A stretch of 35,241 nucleotides of DNA from Chthoniobacterales bacterium (GCA_040005675.1 JBDTYN010000090.1:1-35241), one strand, 5' to 3'; positions 24,814 to 33,951 are shown, numbered from the stretch's first letter. Numbers and translations: made by a program. The notes: generated by a model from the letters alone, not told the origin.

Positions 24814-25608
24814 TCAAATCTGGCAGCGTGAACACCAGGCTGTCGTCCTTCCTCCGATTGCGGCGCGTTGCAATCGTGTGTTGTGCTTCGGACAAACGCC
24901 GCCCGGTTTCCAGCGCTGGTGAATCAGCCACGACCTTGGCGGCTCGCCCCAATCATCGCCGATGATCGAGAGCGCCGCTGCGGAGACGAACCGCGTCACA
25001 CGCCGCAGCGATCGCTGCTGAATGGCCTTCAACGCTCCCGCCGCTGTCGACGGTGCAATCCCGGCACGCCACAGAATTTCATCTGCCATCCAGTTGCCTA
25101 TCCCGGGGAAACCATTTTGCAGGAGGAGCACCGCTTTTATTGGAGCACGACGATGCCGCTTCAGGAACTCGCCGATAAAGGCGGCACTGAAATCCGGCGA
25201 GTTGATTTCCGGAGTCGAGTTTGGCCACCAGTCCGGTAGCGCCCGGCCTTGAGAAAACTTCACGCGTCCGAAGAGGCGAGGATCACGAAACACGAGCGCT
25301 TTTTTCGCTTGCTGCAGCACGAGGTGATCGTGCTTCGCGGGCCGGAATCCCGCGCGTTCCACCCGCAGGGTGCCGCTCATACCGAGATGGATGCCAAGCC
25401 GGCTCGTCCCGGAAAATTCAAACAGCATTTGTTTCCCGAAAGCGCGGGAGCGAAGCAGCGTCGCCCCAGTCAGCAACCGGATGATTTCCGGGGGACGACT
25501 CCCGCGGAAAACGCGTTTTCTGGAGTGTAACTGCACGCCGACCACCCGTCGGCCGATCCCGCAGTCCCATTGCCGGCGATAATATTCGACTTCAGCGAGC
25601 TCCGGCAC
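24814..25608 (-). CDS. mutM: Formamidopyrimidine-DNA glycosylase (Fpg/Nei family)
   Basis: The GTG start gives MPELAEVE (catalytic N-terminal Pro after Met removal). An H2TH region (LLLQNGFPGIGNWMADEILW) and a C-terminal zinc finger (CPKH...CSRC) are present. Confidence 0.88.
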   Translation of the reverse strand: MPELAEVEYYRRQWDCGIGRRVVGVQLHSRKRVFRGSRPPEIIRLLTGATLLRSRAFGKQMLFEFSGTSRLGIHLGMSGTLRVERAGFRPAKHDHLVLQQAKKALVFRDPRLFGRVKFSQGRALPDWWPNSTPEINSPDFSAAFIGEFLKRHRRAPIKAVLLLQNGFPGIGNWMADEILWRAGIAPSTAAGALKAIQQRSLRRVTRFVSAAALSIIGDDWGEPPRSWLIHQRWKPGGVCPKHNTRLQRAAIGGRTTAWCSRCQI

Positions 25609-25700
25609 ACCGAGAATTTAGTCCAGTCTCTCGCGGGACAAAGCGCCATTGAAGCGGCCCCATTCCTTTGCGTCTCTGCCGTTCATGCTACTCTCTTCCG

Positions 25701-26624
25701 ATGGAAAAACTGATCATCGTGGGCAGCGGTTGCGCGGGATTGACCGCGGCCATTTATGCCGCGCGCGCCAACCTCAATCCCCTCGTGCTCGAAGGGCGGC
25801 AGCCTGGCGGACAACTTTCCACCACGACGCTCGTCGAGAATTTTCCCGGCTTCCCGGAAGGAATCGACGGACCGCAATTGATCATGAACATGCACGCGCA
25901 GGCGGAGAAATTCGGCGCCCGCTTCGCCTACTCTGAAGTCACTGGCTTCGAGCCTGCAAATGGTCATGTACGCCTCCTGGCGGACGACGAATGGTTGGAG
26001 AGCCAGGCTCTCATCATCGCCAGTGGAGCCTCAGCCCGCTGGCTTGGCCTCGAGAATGAAGAGAAGCTCATCGGCCACGGCCTCACCTCTTGCGCGACCT
26101 GTGACGGCGCGTTTTATCGCAACGTGCCAGTCTGCGTGATCGGCGGTGGCGATTCAGCCGCTGAAGAAGCGATTTTCCTCACGCGCTTTGCCTCCAGGGT
26201 TTACCTCATCCATCGACGCGACAAATTGCGCGCGTCGAAAATCATGGCCGATCGCGTGCTCGCACACCTAAAGATCGAGCCAATTTGGAACACCGTCGTT
26301 ACGGGCTATGTGACGGACGAGAAGGGCGAGATGCAGTCGGTGCAGCTGAGGAACGTTGAAACGCATGAGGAGCGTGAGCTCGAAATCGCATGCGTCTTTG
26401 TCGCGATTGGACACGACCCAAATACGAGGTCATTCGCTGGCAACCTCGAAACCGACCCTGATGGTTACCTGCTTGTCAAGCATCTCGCGGAAAGTAAGCA
26501 TCCCGGCGTATTTATCGCCGGCGATGTAGCTGACCGAGTCTACAAACAAGCCATCACTTCCGCCGGGTCCGGCTGCGCGGCTGCGATGGAGGCGGAGAAG
26601 TATTTGAGCACGCTCGACAAGTAG
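25701..26624 (+). CDS. trxB: Thioredoxin-disulfide reductase
   Basis: The internal ATG 25701 gives MEKLIIVGSGCAGLTAAIYAAR (FAD motif). The redox centre is CATCDG and the NADPH motif is VIGGGDSAAEEA. The C-terminal GVFIAGDV is also present. Confidence 0.95.
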   Translation: MEKLIIVGSGCAGLTAAIYAARANLNPLVLEGRQPGGQLSTTTLVENFPGFPEGIDGPQLIMNMHAQAEKFGARFAYSEVTGFEPANGHVRLLADDEWLESQALIIASGASARWLGLENEEKLIGHGLTSCATCDGAFYRNVPVCVIGGGDSAAEEAIFLTRFASRVYLIHRRDKLRASKIMADRVLAHLKIEPIWNTVVTGYVTDEKGEMQSVQLRNVETHEERELEIACVFVAIGHDPNTRSFAGNLETDPDGYLLVKHLAESKHPGVFIAGDVADRVYKQAITSAGSGCAAAMEAEKYLSTLDK

Positions 26625-26633
26625 AATTGCGAG

Positions 26634-26714
26634 GTCATCCCGAGCGAAGTCGAGGGATCCCGAGGTGTAACGAATAGTTGTGCGACGGGATTCCTCGGCT
26701 TCGCTCGGAATGAC
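26634..26714. repeat. Intergenic hairpin repeat, copy 3 (best preserved)
   Basis: The left arm gtcatcccgagcgaagtcgagggatccc pairs with the right arm gggattcctcggcttcgctcggaatgac over 28 positions, with 1 mismatch and 2 G-T pairs. The loop is 25 nt. It lies between trxB and the GT4 gene. Confidence 0.9.
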
Positions 26715-26746
26715 ATGCCTCCACGTGACCGCCGAGTGAGAAGAGC

Positions 26747-27928
26747 TTGAAGATTTGCGATCTGACGCAGTTTTACTCGCCCGTCAGCGGCGGGGTAAAA
26801 CGTTACGTCCACGAGAAGATTGCCTACATCGCGGAACATCGGGCCGAAGACGAGCATGTGCTCATCATCCCCGGGGCGAAAACCGAGTGTGCCGATTTCG
26901 GGCGATCTCGGACCTATTCGATCGCTTCGCCGTTGCTTTCGCGAACCTCACGGTATCGCGCCTTGCTGAACCTTCGCGCCGTCGAGGAAATCCTTGAGCG
27001 CGAGCAGCCGGATATCATCGAGTCCGGCGATCCGTATCAGATGGCGTGGAAAGCGATCGCGTGCGGCGCCGCGCTTCGCATCCCCGCCGTCGGGTTCTAT
27101 CATTCCCATTTTCCGGAAGCGTATCTGCGCAGCGCGGCAAAATTCCTTGGCCTCAGCGCGACGGAAACGGTCATGGGTCTGGCCCGGCGCTATGTGCACA
27201 AACTTTACAACTCCTTCGCCGCCACATTCGTGCCATCTGCACAGCTAGCTGAGCTTTTGCGAGAGTGGGGAGTCGCTAACACCCACGTAGTACCTCTGGG
27301 CGTGAACGAGAAGGTTTTTTCCTCAAGCCCCGATGATGCTGCGGAGACGCGCGCATCGCTCAGCATACCGCCCGATCGTTGTGTTCTCCTCTATGTGGGG
27401 AGACTGGCGAAAGAAAAAAACACGCTAACGTTGTTCCGCGCTTTTGATCTGCTCACGCAGCGTTCCGCCGAGAGATTTCATCTGCTTGTGGTCGGCGATG
27501 GCTCACAACGCGACGCGCTCCGCCAGCTGGAAGCGAAAACTGGGGATGTCACCTGGATGAAGTACTGCCCCGATTCCGCCGAACTCGCGAAATTTTATCG
27601 CGCCGCCAATCTTTTCGTTCATCCCGGTGTACAGGAAACGTTTGGCCTTGTCGCGTTGGAGAGTCAGGCCTGCGGCACACCGGTTGTTGGTATCGCCGGG
27701 ACCTACATGGATCGGATAATCCTGCACCGACAGGAAGCGTGGGCGAGGGAGAATTCGCCTCGCGCGCTGGCGGTGGCGATCGAGAAGATGGCGGCGGGCG
27801 ACGTGGCCGAGCTCGGCGTAAGAGCTGCTCAATCAGCGAATCAATCCCACTCCTGGCGGCGCGTGTTTGACCGGCTCTTTTGCATTTATCAAAACGTCTG
27901 CGCAGAGTACAAGAACACCCGAGCATGA
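26747..27928 (+). CDS. Glycosyltransferase family 4 (GT-B, Glycos_transf_1)
   Basis: TTG start. The N-terminus is MKICDLTQFYSPVSGGVKRYV. The C-terminal domain contains LLYVGRLAKEKN...FVHPGVQETFGLVALESQACGTPVV (the E-x7-E region). Confidence 0.85.
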   Translation: MKICDLTQFYSPVSGGVKRYVHEKIAYIAEHRAEDEHVLIIPGAKTECADFGRSRTYSIASPLLSRTSRYRALLNLRAVEEILEREQPDIIESGDPYQMAWKAIACGAALRIPAVGFYHSHFPEAYLRSAAKFLGLSATETVMGLARRYVHKLYNSFAATFVPSAQLAELLREWGVANTHVVPLGVNEKVFSSSPDDAAETRASLSIPPDRCVLLYVGRLAKEKNTLTLFRAFDLLTQRSAERFHLLVVGDGSQRDALRQLEAKTGDVTWMKYCPDSAELAKFYRAANLFVHPGVQETFGLVALESQACGTPVVGIAGTYMDRIILHRQEAWARENSPRALAVAIEKMAAGDVAELGVRAAQSANQSHSWRRVFDRLFCIYQNVCAEYKNTRA

Positions 27929-28614
27929 AACGCGACCAGTCACTGACCATCCGGGGTTATCAGCCAGCTGACCGGACCGCAGTGCGGCGGTTGTGCTGCC
28001 AGACGGGCTTTCTGGGCGAGCCCATCAATCCCGTTTATGAGGATTGCGAACTCTTCGCAGACTTTTTGACCTCTTATTACACAGATCGCGAGCCCGAGTC
28101 ATCTTTCGTTCTCGAGATCGACGGCGAATTGCGGGGATACCTGCTGGGCTCGCGCAAACCGCTCCGCAACCAGCTTTACTCCTTCGCGCAAAACATCTCC
28201 CTCTTCCTGCGCGTCCTCGTTCGCTATCGTAGATATAACCCGCGTTCGCGCCGCTTTGTCCGGTGGATGGTTAGCCATGGCTGGCGGGAAGTCCCGGCCG
28301 CCCCACGCCGGACGCCACATTTCCATATCAACCTGCTTCCCGAGGCGCGGAAAATTGCAACGACCCGCGCGCTAATGAGCGCCTATCTGAGTTACCTCTA
28401 TCGGTCCGGCGAAAAACGCGTTTATGGTCAGATCGTCACCTTCGAAAGCCGGCGGGGGGAAAAGATGTTCGAGCGCTATGGATTCAAGGTGCTCAATCGC
28501 GCCGAGATTACCAAATACAAGGCGTTCTATCCCGAGTCGGTCTATCTGAGCACCGTGATTAAGAATCTGGAGACGGCCGAGCCGCTTTCGGCTTATGCGC
28601 CATTACGTTCCTAG
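27925..28614 (+). CDS. GNAT-family N-acetyltransferase (putative)
   Basis: ATG 27925 overlaps the GT4 stop (ATGA). LTIRGYQPADRTAVRRL, FVLEIDGELRGYLLG, HFHINLLPEAR and MFERYGFKV follow a GNAT-like beta-strand and helix pattern. Confidence 0.6.
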   Translation: MKRDQSLTIRGYQPADRTAVRRLCCQTGFLGEPINPVYEDCELFADFLTSYYTDREPESSFVLEIDGELRGYLLGSRKPLRNQLYSFAQNISLFLRVLVRYRRYNPRSRRFVRWMVSHGWREVPAAPRRTPHFHINLLPEARKIATTRALMSAYLSYLYRSGEKRVYGQIVTFESRRGEKMFERYGFKVLNRAEITKYKAFYPESVYLSTVIKNLETAEPLSAYAPLRS

Positions 28615-28670
28615 TGCCTTGTCTCGCACGCGCGGAAGTATAAGTCCGAGAAAGTCAGGAGGCGTGAAGA

Positions 28671-29600
28671 GTGCGGGCCGCCTTCTATCGTCCTCCCACG
28701 GTTCTATCCCGGCCGCGGCGAGAGCGCTCTGAAAACGTGAATGATACCGTCGTAATTTTGAATCCTGCTGCGCGAAGCGAGCGGGCTGACCGACAGCGCG
28801 CGCAAATCGAGAATCTCGCGCATAGCGCGGTACTTTGCGCCACGTCACATCGGGGCGAAGCGGAGAAACTCGCCCGGAAGGCGACTGAGGACGGTTACAG
28901 ACGCATCATCGCGGCCGGTGGAGATGGGACGATCAACGAAGTGGTAAACGGCATCGCCGGCGCCGACGTCACCCTGGGGCTGCTTCCGCTCGGGACGATG
29001 AACGTGTTCGCTTCCGAGCTAGGGCTGCCGACCAACGATCTCGGACGTTGCTGGGACATCATTCAGACTGGCAGGACACGGTTGATGGATTTGCCGAGCG
29101 CCAACGGCAAGCATTTCATTCAGCTGGCCGGGGTGGGCCTCGACGCGCAGGTCGTGAAAGAAACGAGCCGGAACTTCAAACGAAGCTTTGGTCCGCTCAG
29201 CTACGTGATATCGGCGGCGCAGATCGCGGCGCGCACCCCGCCGCGGCTCCGGATCGAATCCGAGAACGCGGTCACGGAAGAAGGATCGTTCGTGCTAGTC
29301 GGCAATGGACGGCTCTACGGAGGCCCTTTCCCGTTCTTTAAAAAGGCGCTGCTTGATGACGGCTTGCTCGATGTCCTCGTCTTCAAGCGACTGAACTATC
29401 TCGAAATGATCCGTTATCTGCAGGACGTGATTTTCAGCTCCGAAATCACCTCTCCGGAAGTGGAATACTTCCAGACCAAGGCGCTGCGCGTCAGCAGTGA
29501 GGCGGAGGTGCCAGTGGAAGTAGATGGCGAGCTGATGGGGACGTGCCCGATCGAATTCAGTGTGCGCGGTCGCGCTCTCCGCGTCTTATCGCCGGACTGA
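28671..29600 (+). CDS. Diacylglycerol kinase-family lipid kinase (YegS/BmrU type), paralog 2
   Basis: GTG 28671 sits 8 nt downstream of AGGAGG (28657-28662). Motifs seen: IIAAGGDGTINEVVNG, LPLGTMNVFASELG, EVDGELMG. GTG 28737 is an alternative start. Confidence 0.85.
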   Translation: MRAAFYRPPTVLSRPRRERSENVNDTVVILNPAARSERADRQRAQIENLAHSAVLCATSHRGEAEKLARKATEDGYRRIIAAGGDGTINEVVNGIAGADVTLGLLPLGTMNVFASELGLPTNDLGRCWDIIQTGRTRLMDLPSANGKHFIQLAGVGLDAQVVKETSRNFKRSFGPLSYVISAAQIAARTPPRLRIESENAVTEEGSFVLVGNGRLYGGPFPFFKKALLDDGLLDVLVFKRLNYLEMIRYLQDVIFSSEITSPEVEYFQTKALRVSSEAEVPVEVDGELMGTCPIEFSVRGRALRVLSPD

Positions 29601-29740
29601 AATCGGTGCCTCTCTCTTTGGCTAAATAGCGGCACCAGAGCCACAAAAGTCCGATTGCAGGGCTCCTTGCCAGAGGTGTTTTTCGCGCACAATTGGATTT
29701 CTGAATCGACAAAGAAATCGCGTTGCGATACTCTCGCCAG

Positions 29741-30580
29741 ATGCGCCTCTCGCGCCGAAAACCGTCGCTCTTCACGCGGCGATGGACCGAACGGCAGCGC
29801 TTTGCTCTTCTCACCTTGATCGGGGTGAATGTCGCGATCTTCATCGCGCAGCTTTTCCTGGAAGCTCACCAGCCCGGCGTCGTCCGGGAGTATCTTGGTG
29901 TGAGCGATCACGGCCTGCGCAGCGCCTACGGCTGGCAGTTTGTAACCGCGATCTTTCTGAACGATGGCCCATGGCATTTGCTCGGCAACATGATCCTGCT
30001 TTATCTGCTCGGTCGGGATCTGGAAACGATCGTTGGTGAGGTACACTTCGCCTGTCTCTATCTTGCGGGCGCGATCGCCGGCGAGCTAGGTCACCTCTTT
30101 CTCATGCCGGCGAATTCCGTGCTTTACGCCGCTTCCGGAGGCGTTGCCGCCGTTGTGGTTGCCTATGCGACCATCCTTCCCGAACTCGAATTAACATCGT
30201 TCAGGTTCTTCCTTCTGCCGATCCGGTTGAAAGCGAAGCACCTTGGCTACGGCGCGCTCGTGCTCTCGATCCTTCTCGTCTTCTTCGACCGATCTCGTAC
30301 GGTCGTCCACAGCGCTTACCTCGGCGGTTGTACCGCGGGCTGGCTTTATGCCCATTTGCTGGGTTTCGGTCGCCCATCGTTTGTGCAGCGCGCGCTGCGT
30401 CAGCGTCACGCGCACTTGGAACGCTTCCGGCAGATGACGGCTGCTGAGTTCATCGCGGAAGAAGTCGATCCGCTGCTCGACAAAATTTCGCGCGAAGGTA
30501 TGCAGAGCCTGACGTGGCAGGAACGGCGAACGCTCGCCCGAGCCCGCGAAAAAATGGTGGGGAACGCGCAGACGCAGTAG
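29741..30580 (+). CDS. Rhomboid-family intramembrane serine protease with a C-terminal cytoplasmic extension
   Basis: I prefer ATG 29741; the ORF track begins at TTG 29723. WHLLGNMILLYLLG, the catalytic AASGGV (GxSG) and HSAYLGGCTAG are present. A roughly 70-aa soluble tail follows. Confidence 0.8.
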   Translation: MRLSRRKPSLFTRRWTERQRFALLTLIGVNVAIFIAQLFLEAHQPGVVREYLGVSDHGLRSAYGWQFVTAIFLNDGPWHLLGNMILLYLLGRDLETIVGEVHFACLYLAGAIAGELGHLFLMPANSVLYAASGGVAAVVVAYATILPELELTSFRFFLLPIRLKAKHLGYGALVLSILLVFFDRSRTVVHSAYLGGCTAGWLYAHLLGFGRPSFVQRALRQRHAHLERFRQMTAAEFIAEEVDPLLDKISREGMQSLTWQERRTLARAREKMVGNAQTQ

Positions 30581-30605
30581 CCGCGTGCCGCCAAGTCGTT
30601 CGTTA

Positions 30606-30642
30606 GGCGCAGACACGCCCCCTGCGCCGCGCTGTTCTTTTC
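30606..30642 (+). terminator. Candidate intrinsic terminator downstream of the rhomboid gene
   Basis: The stem ggcgcag (30606-30612) pairs with ctgcgcc (30622-30628) around a 9-nt loop. It is followed by gcgctgttcttttc, a T-rich tract that is interrupted and set 7 nt from the stem. Confidence 0.25.
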
Positions 30643-33375
30643 ATGGACGCTGATCACGCCTGGATGCAGCAAACATCCTCGCGCGCGCTTTCTCCGCTCC
30701 GGGTCGCGCGAACGCTGCAGCGCATGGCAGGAGCCTGGCCCATTGCCGCTCCGCCGCTCCGCACCATTGTCGATGAATTTCCCCTTGGCCCGAGGGCCCT
30801 GCTTCACCTGATCTCCGTTTCGAGTATCTGTGCGACCCGATTGGTGCAGAATCCCGAAATTCTCCTCTGGCTGCGGAACCCGGAAGTTTGCGCCCTGCGG
30901 CGCGGGCCCGGCCGGATGCTGAATGAGCTGCGCGTCTTCGCGGCCGACGCGGTGGCGGCGGAAAACTTCCGCGCGCTCCGGCTTTGGAAAGGCCGCGAAA
31001 TGTTGCGGATTGCCTTGCGTGAAGTCGCCGACGTCGCTCCCCTCGAAGAAACAACAGCGGAGCTCTCGCAACTCGCCGAGATCTGTCTCGCTGAGGTCTG
31101 GAAAAACTGGGACGCAGAACTGCGCCTCCGCCGCGGCTCGCCTGCGACCGAATTTGCAGTTCTTGGCCTTGGAAAACTTGGTGGCCGGGAACTCAACCAC
31201 AGCTCGGATATCGATGTCGTCTTCATCTATGGCGAAGAAGGGCAGCTCTCCGCCAACGTCACCCACCACGAATGGTTCAACCGGCTAGGCGCGAAAATAG
31301 TCGAGACTTTCGCGAGCGGCGATTCCGCTGGAGCGCTCTTTCGGATCGATTTGCGACTCCGACCGGAAGGTAGCGCCGGTCCGCTGGCGCGTTCGCTCGA
31401 GAGCATGGAAAATTATTATGCCGGCTTTGGCGAAACGTGGGAACGGCTCGCGCTGACGAAGGCCCGCGGAGTTTGTGGCAGCCGCGAGCTCGCCTACGAA
31501 TTTGTACGGCAGCACCAGCCATTTGTTTATCCGCGCAGCCCAACGCCCGATTTGTTGGACGAGATCGCCGCGATTAAGAGACGAATCGAGCGCGACATCG
31601 TCGGGCCGGGCGATTTGGAACGCGACGTGAAGCTCGGTACTGGTGGCATTCGGGAAATCGAGTTCGTGGTTCAGGCGTTGCAAATCATTCACGGTGCGCG
31701 TCACGCATTTCTGCAGGATACAAGCACGCTCAAAGTCCTTTCCGCTCTCGCTCAGCTGGACCTTCTTCCGCGCGCGGAAGCAGTGGCGCTTGATGCCGCC
31801 TACCATTTTCTTCGCCGCGTCGAGCATCGTCTACAGATCGAGGCGGAACAGCAGACGCATACGTTGCCTGCAGATGCGGAGGCACTCGAACGTCTGGCCC
31901 GAAGTCTCTCTTTTCCCGGGACAGCCGAATTTTTGGAGATACTGCGAAAGCATATGCGGCATGTCCGTTCGGTTTTTGCACGGGTGGTCTCCGGCACCAG
32001 TGACGCTGCCGGTTCGACAGCGGATATTTCAATTTTTCGCGACGAAAAAAGTGCGACGAAAGCCCTTGCTGACCTGGCCGAAGGGCCGGCCAGCTTTCAT
32101 GTTTCGGCCCGAACGCGCCAGGTTTCGCGCAAACTGAGGCCGTTGCTGCTGCAATGGCTCGCGCAGATGGCAGATCCCGATGCCACGCTCAACCAATTCG
32201 TGCGCTTTGTGCGGGGTTACGGTATGCGCAGTTTGCTCTTCGAATTGCTGGTCGTAAACCCGCGGCTGCTGGAATTGCTGGTGAAAACCTTCGACGCCAG
32301 CCGCGTCGCCGGAGACCTTCTGATCCGGCAGCCTCAGTTGCTCGAAGAGATCACTCGCGGCGAGGCGCTCGATCAACCTCTCTCCACCGCGGACCACCTC
32401 CGGCGCCTGAAAGCTCGGAACTTGCGGCCGGGCGATCTCGATGCGGTGCGGTCCTACCGGCAAAATCGCCTGCTTCGCATCCTGCTCCGCGACATCCTCG
32501 AGCTTGCTCCTGCTGAGACGATATTCACCGAGCTGTCCGCGCTCGCGGAAGCCTGCCTGATTTTTGTGGGCCGATCGCTCGGCACCGAAAACGAACTCAC
32601 CGTTATTGCCCTGGGAAAGTTCGGCGGCTCGGAAATCAGTTACGGAGCGGATCTCGATGTGCTCTTCATTGGTGAAAACGTTCGGGCCGCGCAGAAGCTG
32701 ATGAGCGCGATGGCCCAGCCCACGGCGGAAGGAGCCTTGGCGACGCTCGACCCACGTCTCCGCCCCGACGGCGAAAAAGGACCGGTTGTCGCACCGATTG
32801 AAAGTTATTCAGCATATTACGATGGGCGGGCCCAGCTGTGGGAGGTACAGGCGCTCACGCGGGCGCGTGCGATTGCGGGTCCGCTCGGTCCTCAGTTTAT
32901 GGAGCTCGTGCAACGAGTGTGGTGTGGCGCCGGGAAACGACCTGACCTCTTTGATCAGGTCGGCGCCATGGCGGGACGCGTGCGGCGGGAACGAAGTTCC
33001 GGGTCTGATTTCCTCGATTTCAAAACCGGCACCGGCGGCATGATCGAGGCAGAGTTCCTCGTCCAAGCGCTGCAAATGCAGGCAAACATTTACAATCCGA
33101 GGATGACAGGCGCGCTTGCGCAGCTCACACGAGCCGGCCTTCTCGCCGCTTCAGCGGCACAGGAGATAGAACGAAGCTATGCCTTTCTGCGTCGATGCGA
33201 ATCAGTGCTCAGGCGCGCAAATCACAAGAGCGGCTCCGTCCTCCCAGCGGAACCCGATGAACAGCGCAAACTCGCGATTCGCCTTGGACTCGACAGCGCC
33301 GACGCTCTGGCGTCACGAGCAATCGAATCCCGCGACGCCATCCATCGCGTCTTCACCCAATATTTCTCGGTCTGA
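30643..33375 (+). CDS. glnE: Bifunctional glutamine synthetase adenylyltransferase / adenylyl-removing enzyme
   Basis: The protein is 910 aa with two nucleotidyltransferase modules (GKLGGRELNHSSDIDVVFIY and LGKFGGSEISYGADLDVLFI). Each is followed by RIDLRLRPEG / LDPRLRPDGEKG and a GlnE helical domain. Confidence 0.93.
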   Translation: MDADHAWMQQTSSRALSPLRVARTLQRMAGAWPIAAPPLRTIVDEFPLGPRALLHLISVSSICATRLVQNPEILLWLRNPEVCALRRGPGRMLNELRVFAADAVAAENFRALRLWKGREMLRIALREVADVAPLEETTAELSQLAEICLAEVWKNWDAELRLRRGSPATEFAVLGLGKLGGRELNHSSDIDVVFIYGEEGQLSANVTHHEWFNRLGAKIVETFASGDSAGALFRIDLRLRPEGSAGPLARSLESMENYYAGFGETWERLALTKARGVCGSRELAYEFVRQHQPFVYPRSPTPDLLDEIAAIKRRIERDIVGPGDLERDVKLGTGGIREIEFVVQALQIIHGARHAFLQDTSTLKVLSALAQLDLLPRAEAVALDAAYHFLRRVEHRLQIEAEQQTHTLPADAEALERLARSLSFPGTAEFLEILRKHMRHVRSVFARVVSGTSDAAGSTADISIFRDEKSATKALADLAEGPASFHVSARTRQVSRKLRPLLLQWLAQMADPDATLNQFVRFVRGYGMRSLLFELLVVNPRLLELLVKTFDASRVAGDLLIRQPQLLEEITRGEALDQPLSTADHLRRLKARNLRPGDLDAVRSYRQNRLLRILLRDILELAPAETIFTELSALAEACLIFVGRSLGTENELTVIALGKFGGSEISYGADLDVLFIGENVRAAQKLMSAMAQPTAEGALATLDPRLRPDGEKGPVVAPIESYSAYYDGRAQLWEVQALTRARAIAGPLGPQFMELVQRVWCGAGKRPDLFDQVGAMAGRVRRERSSGSDFLDFKTGTGGMIEAEFLVQALQMQANIYNPRMTGALAQLTRAGLLAASAAQEIERSYAFLRRCESVLRRANHKSGSVLPAEPDEQRKLAIRLGLDSADALASRAIESRDAIHRVFTQYFSV

Positions 33376-33378
33376 GCC

Positions 33379-33951
33379 TTAGTGGCCCGTGAGCAGAATC
33401 CAGATTTGCCGCAGAACGAACATGCTCACGAATAAACCGGCCGCGACGATCAGGACTAACAGCACGAGCACGCCGACGACGAAGAACCAGTCGCTCGCTC
33501 GCGCCGGGCGAGACGACGCTGTGTAATCCTGGAGCAGCTGATAGTTCCGCGCGTTCGATTTAAACCAGAAGGAAAACGCGTCCCCGACCACGGGGATGAT
33601 TCCCACAAATTCGTTGATCAGGATGTTGGCCGACATGCGCGCGAGCAGAATTTTTGGCAGTCCACGGCGTGCCGCCTGAATCAACGCATAGGCTGAAACA
33701 AACGCGGAACTCGTGTCGCCGAGGCCGGGCAAAAGCCCAAGCAAAGGATCGAGGCCGAAGCGGAATCTCGTACCAGGAATACGGACAAGGTCGTCCATAA
33801 AAAGTGCGAGAAACTTGAAGAGCGGCTCGAGCTGAGCGCGCTTTTGCTTTTCTTCGGGCGGCAGGACTTCCCACTCCGCTTCCTGGAGCGGCGGGCGGCG
33901 ACGATCGTGAGCGGATTCGAAAGAACCGCGGGGAGTTTGGTGGAGCGGCAC
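33379..33951 (-). CDS. DUF4112 domain-containing membrane protein
   Basis: LVRIPGTRFRFGLDPLLGLLPGLGDTSSAFVSAYAL...IPVVGDAFSFWFKSNARNYQLL matches the DUF4112 signature as I recall it. A C-terminal TM helix is present. Confidence 0.75.
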   Translation of the reverse strand: MPLHQTPRGSFESAHDRRRPPLQEAEWEVLPPEEKQKRAQLEPLFKFLALFMDDLVRIPGTRFRFGLDPLLGLLPGLGDTSSAFVSAYALIQAARRGLPKILLARMSANILINEFVGIIPVVGDAFSFWFKSNARNYQLLQDYTASSRPARASDWFFVVGVLVLLVLIVAAGLFVSMFVLRQIWILLTGH

